Source: a virus (lineage: Duplodnaviria > Caudoviricetes). From it: a DNA stretch of 64,000 nucleotides. The stretch is from IMG/VR virus record IMGVR_UViG_3300020577_007160, positions 115,513 to 179,512 of that record, one strand, 5' to 3'. Below are positions 46,776 through 56,229 of the stretch, one piece after another. Position 1 is the stretch's first letter. Each line of letters begins with the position of its first letter. A program made the translations under genes and the position numbers. Below the pieces are notes generated by a model. That model ran no database searches and was not told the DNA's origin. It saw only the letters and a program-made list of their open reading frames with translations.

Positions 46776-47330
46776 TTATAACCCTGATGATGTTCCTCGG
46801 AGTTCCTCAATGGAATCCATAACTATATCTGTAATTTTTTCTGATACTTTCTGAGTGATATCTTCCTCATCAGTAGAATCCAAATCTACTTTATCTGGAT
46901 AAAATTCAGAAATTACTTGTTCCCGAATAGAATCCTCGTCAATATCGCAACTGATGCTTTCAACCTCAGAAATCCAATTTTCCAGGGCTTCTATTCTTTC
47001 ATTATGAATAGAGGACTCCTGGAGTTGCTCCGGCATATTCGAAAGGCTGTCTTCGCATTCTTGCTTGAGGTCTTCGATGGAGGACAATAAATCCTCTTTG
47101 GCAGATTCAAACTCATCAACATCAGTAGCATTGATAGTAGGAAGACTATCCTCCAAGTCATACACCGAAGACAGGAACGAAGAGGAAGTCAGTTGACTAC
47201 GAGTAGGGTATGTTTTACTGACCTGTTTTGTTCCGAAGTTAAACGCCCACCAATAGTAGGGCTGTCCGACTTCAACTCCAATGGATGGTATCGGCTTACG
47301 AGCCGATTTAACGTGATGAACTTTTGTCAT
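46776..47330 (-). CDS. conserved-looking phage protein with acidic helical C-terminus
   Basis: VKSARK...G..YYWW...SKT.P.RSQLT; SLSNMPEQLQES. Confidence 0.65.
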   Translation of the reverse strand: MTKVHHVKSARKPIPSIGVEVGQPYYWWAFNFGTKQVSKTYPTRSQLTSSSFLSSVYDLEDSLPTINATDVDEFESAKEDLLSSIEDLKQECEDSLSNMPEQLQESSIHNERIEALENWISEVESISCDIDEDSIREQVISEFYPDKVDLDSTDEEDITQKVSEKITDIVMDSIEELRGTSSGL

Positions 47331-47371
47331 GGCTGTTTTCTTTTATTGTACTAAGAATTATGTTCACAACC

Positions 47372-47396
47372 AAGAACGAACATGTTCAGATTAGAT
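47372..47396 (-). promoter_or_regulatory. bipartite phage promoter
   Basis: ATCTAA-N12-CGTTCTT. Confidence 0.65.
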
Positions 47397-47606
47397 ATAG
47401 CCTTTACGAATAAAATCTGCTAACGTAGAATCAACACCTTTCAGTAAAGAATCAAGAACGCATTGGATTCCATCATTCCACATTACTTCTTCACCACAGT
47501 TTTCAAAACCATAGTTTGAAGTTAATTTTGACTTCCAATATTTATATTCTTTTATGAGTTCAATCATGAGACTGATCTTTCGTAGTTGAATTATTATATT
47601 CTTCAA
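47391..47606 (-). CDS. hypothetical protein
   Basis: True start probably MIELIKE. Confidence 0.45.
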   Translation of the reverse strand: MKNIIIQLRKISLMIELIKEYKYWKSKLTSNYGFENCGEEVMWNDGIQCVLDSLLKGVDSTLADFIRKGYI

Positions 47607-47835
47607 ATATTGCCTTTGCTTCTTCTAAAAGGTCATAGTATTTTGTAGAATTTAAAATATCAGAAATAGATTTTATCATATACAATGATTCTTCGTCTAA
47701 TTCTTTCCAACGATTCTGATGATGTATCCAATGCACTTCTAAATTTGATTTTACTTCAAATTCGAGAGCATCTAAAATAGTTCTTAATTCTCGTAATGTT
47801 AATTCTAATTTATAAGTAGCAATGTCTATTTTCAT
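47560..47835 (-). CDS. hypothetical protein
   Basis: Coupled ORF. Confidence 0.55.
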   Translation of the reverse strand: MKIDIATYKLELTLRELRTILDALEFEVKSNLEVHWIHHQNRWKELDEESLYMIKSISDILNSTKYYDLLEEAKAIFEEYNNSTTKDQSHD

Positions 47836-48044
47836 TTAGTATCCAAAGTAGTGATAATATCAATCCATTCATTATGAGTGCAAACACAGTCATCATAGAA
47901 TTGCCCACAGTCCTGACAACTACAACAACTTCCATGATTAGGTTTAATTGGTGCTATTTTAGAAAATCCATGATCACGTTTCAATTCACCACGTTGATAA
48001 AGGATCTCTAGTAAATCTTCTTTACGTATCATATTTAGATACAA
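47832..48044 (-). CDS. small Cys-rich (zinc-binding) protein
   Basis: HGSCCSCQDCGQFYDDCVC. Confidence 0.55.
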   Translation of the reverse strand: MYLNMIRKEDLLEILYQRGELKRDHGFSKIAPIKPNHGSCCSCQDCGQFYDDCVCTHNEWIDIITTLDTK

Positions 48045-48252
48045 AGTATATTTGCATTGCTTCTAAAAACTCGTTAAAATCTTTTTCTGAAATCATTTTG
48101 GGTTTATGAACGTAAGCAATGGGAAATCTTGCACCATGATCTTTCGTATGACCTATAACAATCCCACACTTTCTTCTATAAAATTTCTTGTTTTGTTCTA
48201 AGTCTTTTTCAAAAGAAATCTCTTTTGTATTTTTCAAATCATATGTTGGCAT
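48022..48252 (-). CDS. hypothetical protein
   Basis: 76-aa ORF. Confidence 0.5.
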   Translation of the reverse strand: MPTYDLKNTKEISFEKDLEQNKKFYRRKCGIVIGHTKDHGARFPIAYVHKPKMISEKDFNEFLEAMQIYFVSKYDT

Positions 48253-48254
48253 GG

Positions 48255-48410
48255 CTATTTAATATTCTTGAGAAAATCAAAATTAAAATTTAAGATAGTA
48301 CTTTCGCTAATCCTCTTAATAAATTGAATAACTCTTTTAATATCTTTAATTGTTACGGGCTTAGTTGTTTTACTAAACCCGTAATTGGTATGCTTGTGCT
48401 TCCTTTTCAT
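48255..48410 (-). CDS. possible 51-aa basic protein
   Basis: Not in ORF track; ATGA-coupled, fills the gap (MKRKHKHTNYGF...). Confidence 0.45.
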   Translation of the reverse strand: MKRKHKHTNYGFSKTTKPVTIKDIKRVIQFIKRISESTILNFNFDFLKNIK

Positions 48411-48916
48411 ATGATAACCTTGTCATCTACGTTGAACACTGGTGCTAAGTTCTTGACGTTTGTCCATTTTACTGCCTTGTTTGTTTTAATATCAAACAAA
48501 GGTATCTGTGGAAAATAATTACCATTGTCCAAGGCATGATAAACATTTCCCTGATGCCAGACGATTTTATACCAAAATCCATAGGAAGTCTCTGGTACTG
48601 TTATCTGATGCTGAGGAACAGATTCCCAGGATATATCCCCTGATCCAAAATTATCCAATTTCCGATAATTAACTCCAAGATATTCCCAGGAATCTTTGCA
48701 AGAATTAAAATAGGCATTTAACAATTCCTTGAATTGATGCTTTTTTATTCTTTCACAATTCAAATAATCAAATTCTTCTTTTGAAAGAGTTTTTGATTTT
48801 TCTAATGTGTTCCGTACTCGATAAATTTTAAGGGTATCATTATAAGAAATTAATTTAAAATCTGCGTCTTTCTGTTCCTTGTAATATGATACCCTTGCAT
48901 TTTTAGGAGATGCCAT
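48407..48916 (-). CDS. hypothetical protein
   Basis: 169-aa ORF. Confidence 0.55.
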   Translation of the reverse strand: MASPKNARVSYYKEQKDADFKLISYNDTLKIYRVRNTLEKSKTLSKEEFDYLNCERIKKHQFKELLNAYFNSCKDSWEYLGVNYRKLDNFGSGDISWESVPQHQITVPETSYGFWYKIVWHQGNVYHALDNGNYFPQIPLFDIKTNKAVKWTNVKNLAPVFNVDDKVII

Positions 48917-48928
48917 TGTGATTCTTTC

Positions 48929-49216
48929 TCAAGCAAAGAATAAATCTAATTTATACTCCAATGCAGATGCTATTTCTACTAAATCTTTGAATTCAATAAT
49001 GCCATCAACACTGAATATTCTTTCCAATTTTGGTAGTGGCCAATTTAACTTGGCAGCCAAGTCATCCATTGTCCAATTATTATCATGCAATTTAACCTGA
49101 AATTGCGCTACTATTCGTAGTATAATCCCATATGCATAGGCTTCGGGATCATTGTTTGCTTGTTCTAAATGGGTATTAAACCATTCAGTTATTTCGTTAG
49201 AATTAAGATAACTCAT
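48929..49216 (-). CDS. XRE/Cro-type HTH protein
   Basis: NWTMDDLAAKLNW....LERI......LVEIASAL. Confidence 0.7.
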   Translation of the reverse strand: MSYLNSNEITEWFNTHLEQANNDPEAYAYGIILRIVAQFQVKLHDNNWTMDDLAAKLNWPLPKLERIFSVDGIIEFKDLVEIASALEYKLDLFFA

Positions 49217-49466
49217 TGTATTCCTTTTGAAAATGTGAAAAATATTTTAATAAAGTTAGCATTTCTGCTCCGTATTCATTTTTTATTTCTGTTTCATTCC
49301 ATTCTCCACTATTGTAAAGCAAGTGCGCAACTTGGATTTCCAATTTTGGATGGATTTCGAATGCAACTTGCACTTCCCTTCTTATCTTTGCATTTAATTG
49401 AGCATTCAATGGCATCGGAGGTGATGGACGTGGCTGCGAATTTTGTTGCAATTGTTTTTTATTCAT
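49203..49466 (-). CDS. hypothetical protein
   Basis: 87-aa ORF. Confidence 0.5.
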   Translation of the reverse strand: MNKKQLQQNSQPRPSPPMPLNAQLNAKIRREVQVAFEIHPKLEIQVAHLLYNSGEWNETEIKNEYGAEMLTLLKYFSHFQKEYNELS

Positions 49467-49481
49467 TTAGAATTTTACCAG

Positions 49482-50021
49482 TTATCTATTTTGACTTCCA
49501 ACAGTAGAACGTTCTATGTTTCGTATACTCTTGAAAAATCTTTCAATTCGGTAAATTGTGTTTGGCGTCAAGCCACCGTAGGAATCAACAAGAAACAGAT
49601 TATTACGTTGTTCATAGAGAAAATCTGAATCGTCATCAATTATTGCATAAGTCTTAAAATCTGAACTCCAACACCCTACTAATTTTTCATTATTTTTGAT
49701 CCAAGCAAGAACTTCATTTCCTCGAACAATGTAATCCCGAACTCTGCACTTTGGAGTAACATCAATAATATCGAATTTTGCACCTCTACCCTGAAGAGCA
49801 TTTTTACAATACTCTAAGCCCGAGAGACGCCAAGTACTCGATATCACTACCTTTGCATCAACCCTTTCACAGAGAACATTTAAGAGTTCTATTCGTTCAG
49901 GACAAAGATCCTCTAATGGGTGTTCGGGTGCTATGCCACCATTATCCGTAAGTCTTCTCAAACCTTCATAATACACGTCACAATTCAATACACCATCAAT
50001 ATCCAAAAATATTATATTCAT
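49482..50021 (-). CDS. HAD-superfamily phosphatase (Swiss-Army-Knife RNA-repair type)
   Basis: FLDIDGVLN, VISSTWR, RG.E, IIDDDSD. Confidence 0.85.
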   Translation of the reverse strand: MNIIFLDIDGVLNCDVYYEGLRRLTDNGGIAPEHPLEDLCPERIELLNVLCERVDAKVVISSTWRLSGLEYCKNALQGRGAKFDIIDVTPKCRVRDYIVRGNEVLAWIKNNEKLVGCWSSDFKTYAIIDDDSDFLYEQRNNLFLVDSYGGLTPNTIYRIERFFKSIRNIERSTVGSQNR

Positions 50022-50881
50022 ATAATAGAAAATTCTGATTTGAATTTATTTAAATGTTCCAAACTTCTTTGGTGATCTTCTCTGGATTTCTTTTCAGTCT
50101 TTTCTAACATGGCTACCTTAGAACTTTTATATTGTTCTAATTTTATTGGATTAATTTCTACGTCCCAATCATTGTATAATTTTATGTCATCGTATCTGAG
50201 TTCTCGTTCTTCCATCAGTTTTTGAAGAAGAACTCGTACATCTTCCTTAGAATTACAAAAATACATAGTATGATAATCTGAACCAGAACCATCAGAATAT
50301 CGGTTTAATCTGAAACTCATATCTCCAGAATCATCCCCATAAAGACTCAATAATTTCAACTTTTGTTTTCTTTGATCTTCATACGTTTTTTCTTTGAAAA
50401 AATCCTCCCAGGACATAACCTTCAAACTATAGTCTCCTATAACAATCCATTCTATTTTCCCTGTTAAATAATTAATGAGAGTAGTAAAAATGTTAGGATT
50501 TAATTTTTTCAAAAGTTTGAAATTATATTCAAATACCTTCTGTAAAGTATCATTCTGGATTCTATGAGATTCCTCTAACTCATCCTGTAATTTTCGGTAT
50601 TTATCCCGCTTGAATTCATATTCTTTCTCTAAAGTAGAAATCCTATTTTCTAATTCCTGAACCTTCTTTTCTTTCCAAGAAATTGGAGGAACAATTCGAG
50701 TAGGTGTCGGTATGGTAAAATTCTCACCATGAGGTATTTCTTTTCCATCAATTATGAATATCTCCTGAGCAATCAATTCTTTGGAATTAAGGTATCCAAG
50801 AATAATCACTTTTCTTCCATCTTCCAAAACAATAGTATCTCCATTTGAAATAGTATCAATGGTCATTGGACATGCTCTCAA
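50018..50881 (-). CDS. hypothetical coiled-coil protein
   Basis: 287-aa ORF. Confidence 0.6.
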   Translation of the reverse strand: MRACPMTIDTISNGDTIVLEDGRKVIILGYLNSKELIAQEIFIIDGKEIPHGENFTIPTPTRIVPPISWKEKKVQELENRISTLEKEYEFKRDKYRKLQDELEESHRIQNDTLQKVFEYNFKLLKKLNPNIFTTLINYLTGKIEWIVIGDYSLKVMSWEDFFKEKTYEDQRKQKLKLLSLYGDDSGDMSFRLNRYSDGSGSDYHTMYFCNSKEDVRVLLQKLMEERELRYDDIKLYNDWDVEINPIKLEQYKSSKVAMLEKTEKKSREDHQRSLEHLNKFKSEFSII

Positions 50882-51110
50882 TTATTATTGTAGAATGTAC
50901 GCCTAAGCGTATTTGTTTTATAAATTTTTCCCTAACCAAATAATAATTATTATCTTCTTGTAAGTATCCGGAACAAATCGTGGTATCAGGGTATCGGTCT
51001 GGGTGATAAATAATAACTCTAAAATTACCCTTACCATCCCCCTTCATGTCTTTTATATCCCTAGCACAAGAAACTAAGAATATCATAGAAACAATTAATA
51101 ATGATTTCAT
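50856..51110 (-). CDS. small lipoprotein
   Basis: MKSLLIVSMIFLVS-C lipobox. Confidence 0.6.
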   Translation of the reverse strand: MKSLLIVSMIFLVSCARDIKDMKGDGKGNFRVIIYHPDRYPDTTICSGYLQEDNNYYLVREKFIKQIRLGVHSTIIIESMSNDH

Positions 51111-51122
51111 AACATTGATATT

Positions 51123-51326
51123 TTAAGTATACTTAACAAAACAATATTCCGGTATTGTTAACTTTGAATCATCTAACCAACATAAAATATCTGACATTTT
51201 ATATGTTGTGCCTGACAAGTCACACCAGAACTTATTATGAGAATTCCACATCATTGGAATTTTAATAGTATCTATCAAAACAATATACCAATCTGTCTTC
51301 GCAGGTTCATAAGAGTTCACCCACAT
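51123..51326 (-). CDS. hypothetical protein (DUF551-like W-rich)
   Basis: MW....P...WYIV...W...ILCW. Confidence 0.5.
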   Translation of the reverse strand: MWVNSYEPAKTDWYIVLIDTIKIPMMWNSHNKFWCDLSGTTYKMSDILCWLDDSKLTIPEYCFVKYT

Positions 51327-51330
51327 TGCG

Positions 51331-51633
51331 TCACTCCTCCTTGGTTACTAAGAATTTAGCATTGAAATAGTTTTCATCAATATATTTTTCTATCTGATCA
51401 ACATTAAATCCAACTTTGTCATAAATAGAAAGTAATAATTTGTATGCTTCCTGATACCATTCTGGTTTCTTTTTTGTAACGAATTCCATGGCGAATAATC
51501 TATGGGAATCACATGTTATGACTTCTCCCATTGATGCCCCAAGAAGGTCATCAATATCCTGAATATTGGTCATCAGTCTTCCATCCACAATATTGAATAC
51601 TTGCTTCAACGTAAACCAATTTGCAGCTTTCAT
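51331..51633 (-). CDS. hypothetical protein
   Basis: 100-aa ORF. Confidence 0.55.
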   Translation of the reverse strand: MKAANWFTLKQVFNIVDGRLMTNIQDIDDLLGASMGEVITCDSHRLFAMEFVTKKKPEWYQEAYKLLLSIYDKVGFNVDQIEKYIDENYFNAKFLVTKEE

Positions 51634-51639
51634 ACGAAA

Positions 51640-51891
51640 TTAAGATTTTTTAATAAATTCTGAATATTTTCGAAATGTAATTTTATAATGTTTCAAAGAC
51701 TCTTCAGTTTTGAGAATTAGATTTTTGAAGTCTGTTTTACTGATCTCTGTTACCTCATAGTAGTCGGTCTCGAACGGTTGCCATGGGATTAGGTTCATAT
51801 TCACCGCTTCCTCTAGGGCAGATTGTTTTGACGTGCCTACGACGATTCCAATGAAATCTCCTAACAGATTTGAAATTGAATAGAATTTCAT
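51640..51891 (-). CDS. hypothetical protein
   Basis: Coupled ORF. Confidence 0.5.
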   Translation of the reverse strand: MKFYSISNLLGDFIGIVVGTSKQSALEEAVNMNLIPWQPFETDYYEVTEISKTDFKNLILKTEESLKHYKITFRKYSEFIKKS

Positions 51892-52271
51892 GAAGCAGAT
51901 TTAACTGCATTTAATTGAAGAATATTCCGAATGGCATCAAAAATAATATTCATATTTGAGTCACAACTGTCCCCACCCAAAAGTCCAATATCCACGTGTT
52001 GATCCTTCTTTTCTGGAGTTCGAATAACAGCATATTGATTTTTGGAATCAACCTTAATATAAACTAAATTAACACAATATTCTTTGGGTTGGCGGAAACT
52101 CCATTGAATAACTATATCTTGATCCGATATAGCCACACTTCCCATTGGAATATTTTCTGGGAATAAACCAATAATGTAGTTCATTTTCATTGAAAGTAGA
52201 AGAACGTCTCCAATTATAGACTGGAAAGCATTCTTGATACTGGTTTGATTATCAACATTCATGGTTCTCAA
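51888..52271 (-). CDS. hypothetical protein
   Basis: ORF behind a promoter motif. Confidence 0.55.
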   Translation of the reverse strand: MRTMNVDNQTSIKNAFQSIIGDVLLLSMKMNYIIGLFPENIPMGSVAISDQDIVIQWSFRQPKEYCVNLVYIKVDSKNQYAVIRTPEKKDQHVDIGLLGGDSCDSNMNIIFDAIRNILQLNAVKSAS

Positions 52272-52304
52272 TATCCTTAGATTTAAAAAATTTCAGACAT
52301 CGAG

Positions 52305-52330
52305 AAGAACGTATCAGAGCAGATTAGATC
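52305..52330 (-). promoter_or_regulatory. bipartite phage promoter
   Basis: GATCTAA-N12-CGTTCTT. Confidence 0.65.
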
Positions 52331-52662
52331 GACGGTGAGTGATTCTTTCTGAGTTCAGAAGGGAATGGAGGCAGGAAATTTTTGAGAGTCAAGGGCTTAA
52401 AAGAAAAGAACATTTTCAGGAATGATGGACATTCAGGAACGCACCATTTTTCAAATTCATCAAAATTATTCGAGTCTCGAGACTTTTCATATATCTGCTT
52501 ATATTCTTCTATAAAAGAAGAAAAGCTATGATTAAATTCACGAATTTCTAATATTCTGAATATTATAAAAACAAAGAAAATAACAGATACTACAATAATG
52601 AATTTAACAAGTAATGAACTCTCCATTGAACACAATCTTTGTATGAATAAAATCAACAGCAA
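52324..52662 (-). CDS. single-pass membrane protein
   Basis: TM FIIVVSVIFFVFIIF; true start probably MESSLL. Confidence 0.5.
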   Translation of the reverse strand: MLLILFIQRLCSMESSLLVKFIIVVSVIFFVFIIFRILEIREFNHSFSSFIEEYKQIYEKSRDSNNFDEFEKWCVPECPSFLKMFFSFKPLTLKNFLPPFPSELRKNHSPSI

Positions 52663-52680
52663 TATAACTAAGTTATAGAT

Positions 52681-52935
52681 TTATAACGTATTAAAATCAT
52701 CTAAAGGTCTCCAATATAATGGAACTGAAATCTCGTCATTAACATAAGTATCCTGATTATCCCACCAAAATGCTGAAATAAAACCTTCGCCACCCATGAA
52801 TCCGGTTCTCAATCCTCTTGGATTAAAATCCAAATGAACCCAACCAGGAGAATAACAAAGAACCTCACCGTCATCCGGAGACGGCTGGAACTCCGAATAT
52901 AATTTCCAATTTGAGCTAAATTCTGGAGTAATCAT
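52681..52935 (-). CDS. hypothetical protein (DUF551-like)
   Basis: W.....P.....VLC...PLYWRPL. Confidence 0.5.
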   Translation of the reverse strand: MITPEFSSNWKLYSEFQPSPDDGEVLCYSPGWVHLDFNPRGLRTGFMGGEGFISAFWWDNQDTYVNDEISVPLYWRPLDDFNTL

Positions 52936-53372
52936 GCTTCTACCTGTTCTGATAACTGAGGTTCAAAAGTACTATAAGACCCTCCAGAAATTTTACAATT
53001 TCTAATCTGGGAACACATAGTTTTTCCTAATTCTGTCAATTCAACAAAGAGATTTATCAATGATACAATTTTCAATAAACCTGCAGATTCCAAGTCCTCC
53101 AGGCAATCAATATCATCATGGTCTAGAACTATATTTTCATGGGAGTTGTCTTTGTAATTTTTAAGACGAGAACCATACATTGGATCCCATTTTATCCAAT
53201 ATGGAAAATTGGTAGAACAATGCAAAGGATGAGAACTCGGATTTACTCTCATAAACTTGGCATCCAAGCCACCAATTCCAGGAGAACGCTGGTTATCCAG
53301 AATACAAGTTTCAACATACAATAAAAGAGACCAGTGATCCCTTCCAAAGTCTTTCATCAAAATAGTAGTCAT
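52932..53372 (-). CDS. conserved-looking phage protein
   Basis: FGRDHWSLL.YVE...HDD.DCL.DL..AG. Confidence 0.6.
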   Translation of the reverse strand: MTTILMKDFGRDHWSLLLYVETCILDNQRSPGIGGLDAKFMRVNPSSHPLHCSTNFPYWIKWDPMYGSRLKNYKDNSHENIVLDHDDIDCLEDLESAGLLKIVSLINLFVELTELGKTMCSQIRNCKISGGSYSTFEPQLSEQVEA

Positions 53373-53374
53373 AA

Positions 53375-53695
53375 TTAAATCTGTTTAAAACAATTTTTAA
53401 TTGAATCCGTAAAATCCTCATAGAAAGTTTGGATTCTTCCTGCCAAGAATCCATAGTATTTCCTACCCCAAGCCGATAAAGTTTTGGGATTAGTTAAAGC
53501 AGCTTGACTCAGAGAAACAAGAACGTTTAATTCTTGAATTAAAGTCTTGGTAGACTCTCTTTCCGACTGGATCATCGCCAATAAATATGGTATTACTTTC
53601 GGATCCTGAGATAGGATTGAGAGTATTGCTAATTCTTTTTGTTCTGTAGAAAACAGAGAATGGTCAATTATTGTTTTTATAGATTTAAGATCCAT
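53375..53695 (-). CDS. hypothetical protein
   Basis: 106-aa ORF. Confidence 0.55.
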   Translation of the reverse strand: MDLKSIKTIIDHSLFSTEQKELAILSILSQDPKVIPYLLAMIQSERESTKTLIQELNVLVSLSQAALTNPKTLSAWGRKYYGFLAGRIQTFYEDFTDSIKNCFKQI

Positions 53696-53696
53696 T

Positions 53697-53957
53697 TTAT
53701 TTTTTCTTATGAAGTATTTTACACTCTTCTACGTCAATGAGAATTGGTTCATCCTGATCCTCAAAATATTCGGAATAATTAATTTGACATTTATAATAAA
53801 TGTGCTTTGGGGAAAGAATAGAGATACTTTTAATTTCTGCTTCAATTTCTACTTCTTTCCATTCCGCATGAGAACAACCACAAGTATGGCAACGAACCTG
53901 CAACTCAACACTTCTCAGTAAAACAATCTCATCTTTGATATTAAATTTAGTTACCAT
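53697..53957 (-). CDS. hypothetical protein with CxxC
   Basis: TKFNI.D, CHTCG. Confidence 0.5.
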   Translation of the reverse strand: MVTKFNIKDEIVLLRSVELQVRCHTCGCSHAEWKEVEIEAEIKSISILSPKHIYYKCQINYSEYFEDQDEPILIDVEECKILHKKK

Positions 53958-54501
53958 TATTTACTTTCTTAGCAAGAACATAATCAATTAACCCTTCAAA
54001 TTTAAATATTGACTCAATCCACGTATTATTGATATTGATTTGTTCGGTTGTAAAATGTTGTTTCAATGTAACGTGTTGCTTCAATTCTCGACTCCGCAAT
54101 ACTCTCAAGTTATACTGGCATTCACAAGCTAAAATTGCCAATTCATATGCTTGCATCGGAGTAAAGGAATTCTGATTCTCTTGAAAGTATTGAAAGATAT
54201 AAACTGGAATATCTGCAACATTATTATCTGAAAACCGTGACCATTGTAATATTTTCTTATACTTAGGATTTACACCATTCTTAGTAGGTTGATCTGGCTC
54301 TTCATCCTTGTAAAATAACTCAATATAATCTCGACGAATATCCTGAAGGAATGTTATATTTAAATCAGAATTTTTTGCAGAACCTAATTTAATAAACAAA
54401 CCATTACCAGAATCAAATACTTTGAATATCTGTGTTCCAATTTTAATGAGATCATTCTTACAAATGATCTCATTGTTCTTATCTAGTGCTTTAGAATTCA
54501 T
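53947..54501 (-). CDS. hypothetical protein
   Basis: 184-aa ORF. Confidence 0.55.
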   Translation of the reverse strand: MNSKALDKNNEIICKNDLIKIGTQIFKVFDSGNGLFIKLGSAKNSDLNITFLQDIRRDYIELFYKDEEPDQPTKNGVNPKYKKILQWSRFSDNNVADIPVYIFQYFQENQNSFTPMQAYELAILACECQYNLRVLRSRELKQHVTLKQHFTTEQININNTWIESIFKFEGLIDYVLAKKVNNGN

Positions 54502-54935
54502 TTACGTTTATCTTTTAGTATTTGCCAAAATCGTTCTGGTAACCAAACATTTTCCAGTGAACAGCATTCCTGAAACATTGGAGCAATATCTTTCGGATCC
54601 AATCCAGCCAATCCGCATCCAATTTCTGTTACCAAAAACTCCAGTGTTGGATTAGAACGTGCAAACTCGATAAAATCGAGAACATGACTCTGAATTTCTG
54701 ATAGTGGAAGTGTTGATCCTACGTCCGCAGACTTCGTAGGTAAGGCGTAAGTGTTACCAGCTAGGCCAACTGCCTGACCCCATTTTGCGCCCCACTCTAG
54801 CGCAGTTCTCGCTGCACCACCTCCATGACGTCCAGCAAGATTAGAACCGAAAACAAATACCTGATTTTCTGAAATTGAAGTTATGTATTCTGGAGTTATT
54901 CTACTCATTGATTTCTTGTGAAAATCTAAACTCAT
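54498..54935 (-). CDS. macro-domain-like phage protein
   Basis: VFVFGSNLAGRHGGGAA, TYALPT, FLVTEIGCGLAG. Confidence 0.75.
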   Translation of the reverse strand: MSLDFHKKSMSRITPEYITSISENQVFVFGSNLAGRHGGGAARTALEWGAKWGQAVGLAGNTYALPTKSADVGSTLPLSEIQSHVLDFIEFARSNPTLEFLVTEIGCGLAGLDPKDIAPMFQECCSLENVWLPERFWQILKDKRK

Positions 54936-55477
54936 AGATTATTCAATATTTCTAGTTCCCAACCAATAGGTACAATATCATTAGATCGATTATTTTTGGA
55001 AGGTGTTTCACCTTTCATGTTCCAAAATTCTAAACTTCGTGCATCTCTATCATCATTTAAAATAGTACCTTTAACGGGGTAATCGTGAATATGCTCATAA
55101 TACATTTCTAATTCGTCTTCTGGGATTGTTCCTTCCAATTCAACTCTTCTACCCAATTTCGTTATGTATTCTTTTCCTAAATCAATAACAACATTTTCCG
55201 GATATGGAATTTTATAAATAATATCAAATTCATTTTCTTCGAAGCTATGCTCCCCATTGCGCATCCAGTCAAAATACTTTCTGTCTTGTTCCTTCCCACT
55301 ATCCTGGATGCTAGGCATGTTTTCCCCTAAATATCCTCTGAATGGAAAACTGATACTGGGAGAATTTACAAAAGAAGAAAGGTAAACTTGTTTCTTACTT
55401 CTTGTGAAGTAAGCAAAATTGGAATTAAATTCCAATTCAAGAACTTCGTTTGGTGTAGTTGTTGAGTCTGAGTTCAT
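54932..55477 (-). CDS. hypothetical protein with tandem duplicated domain
   Basis: Y.T....V.L...[FY]P..G.....W...GE....DI twice. Confidence 0.6.
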   Translation of the reverse strand: MNSDSTTTPNEVLELEFNSNFAYFTRSKKQVYLSSFVNSPSISFPFRGYLGENMPSIQDSGKEQDRKYFDWMRNGEHSFEENEFDIIYKIPYPENVVIDLGKEYITKLGRRVELEGTIPEDELEMYYEHIHDYPVKGTILNDDRDARSLEFWNMKGETPSKNNRSNDIVPIGWELEILNNL

Positions 55478-55528
55478 AACATTTCCTTGGTAAATATACT
55501 TTTAATAAATTAATTTCTTACACAATCT

Positions 55529-55553
55529 AAGAACGTTTAGAAATTCTTAAAAC
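55529..55553 (-). promoter_or_regulatory. bipartite phage promoter
   Basis: GTTTTA-N12-CGTTCTT. Confidence 0.65.
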
Positions 55554-55558
55554 TCATC

Positions 55559-55864
55559 TTAATCTTTTGGAATAGATGGTGGTGGGTAGGCGAGTTCCTG
55601 CGTAATGCTTTCCAAGAAGAAAAATATGATCTCTTGTTTTACAGCATTCAAAAATTTAATTTTTTCAGAAAAGAAAAAATCAACATTTCCTTTGAGAATA
55701 GCAGAAAGTGAATCACAAGATTCCTCAATATTTCTTATTGATTCTGAAACTGAAATAAGAGCGCACTTTTTTGCTCTTTGAAATCTATCAGAAGTATCTA
55801 AAGAATCCCCAAGTAAATCAAAAAATTTAATAATGAGGTTTCCAGCATATTTTTCTGGAGTCAT
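55559..55864 (-). CDS. hypothetical phage protein
   Basis: MTPE..A..L..KF...AKKCALI.V...VKQEI pattern. Confidence 0.6.
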   Translation of the reverse strand: MTPEKYAGNLIIKFFDLLGDSLDTSDRFQRAKKCALISVSESIRNIEESCDSLSAILKGNVDFFFSEKIKFLNAVKQEIIFFFLESITQELAYPPPSIPKD

Positions 55865-55873
55865 TTTATTCTG

Positions 55874-56224
55874 TTACAAAAGTTTAAAATTAATATCAAT
55901 TCGTTCCACTATTTTGAGGTTTTCTAATTCTCGTAAAGAATCCATATTCAAATCAAATATATCAACACAAAAGGAATCCTCTGTGCGTTTATGATAACAT
56001 TTTTCTTCACCATGGAAAAGGCAGGTCACTCCGGTTTGACTCGTCGTAGTTTCAAAATCAAAATGGCTGCCAATATCAGGTTTTTTAATAGGGACTATTG
56101 ACGTATTCCGACGGACACAAACAATATGACCTGAATTCAAAATTACCTTTTCTTTGTCTCCTGAAAAAGCATTTTCCATTGTTACTGGAAACGGAGTAAG
56201 AATCTTGTAAACTACTAAGAACAT
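55874..56224 (-). CDS. hypothetical protein
   Basis: 116-aa ORF. Confidence 0.5.
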   Translation of the reverse strand: MFLVVYKILTPFPVTMENAFSGDKEKVILNSGHIVCVRRNTSIVPIKKPDIGSHFDFETTTSQTGVTCLFHGEEKCYHKRTEDSFCVDIFDLNMDSLRELENLKIVERIDINFKLL

Positions 56225-56229
56225 AAATG

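Noticed and set aside
48352-48386. Hairpin TTACGGG..CCCGTAA as a terminator
   Set aside because: No U tract on either strand, and it lies inside a plausible small ORF
50018-50881. ELENRISTLEKE resembles the family leader
   Set aside because: Internal to a long generic coiled coil, not N-terminal, and the gene is in the early region
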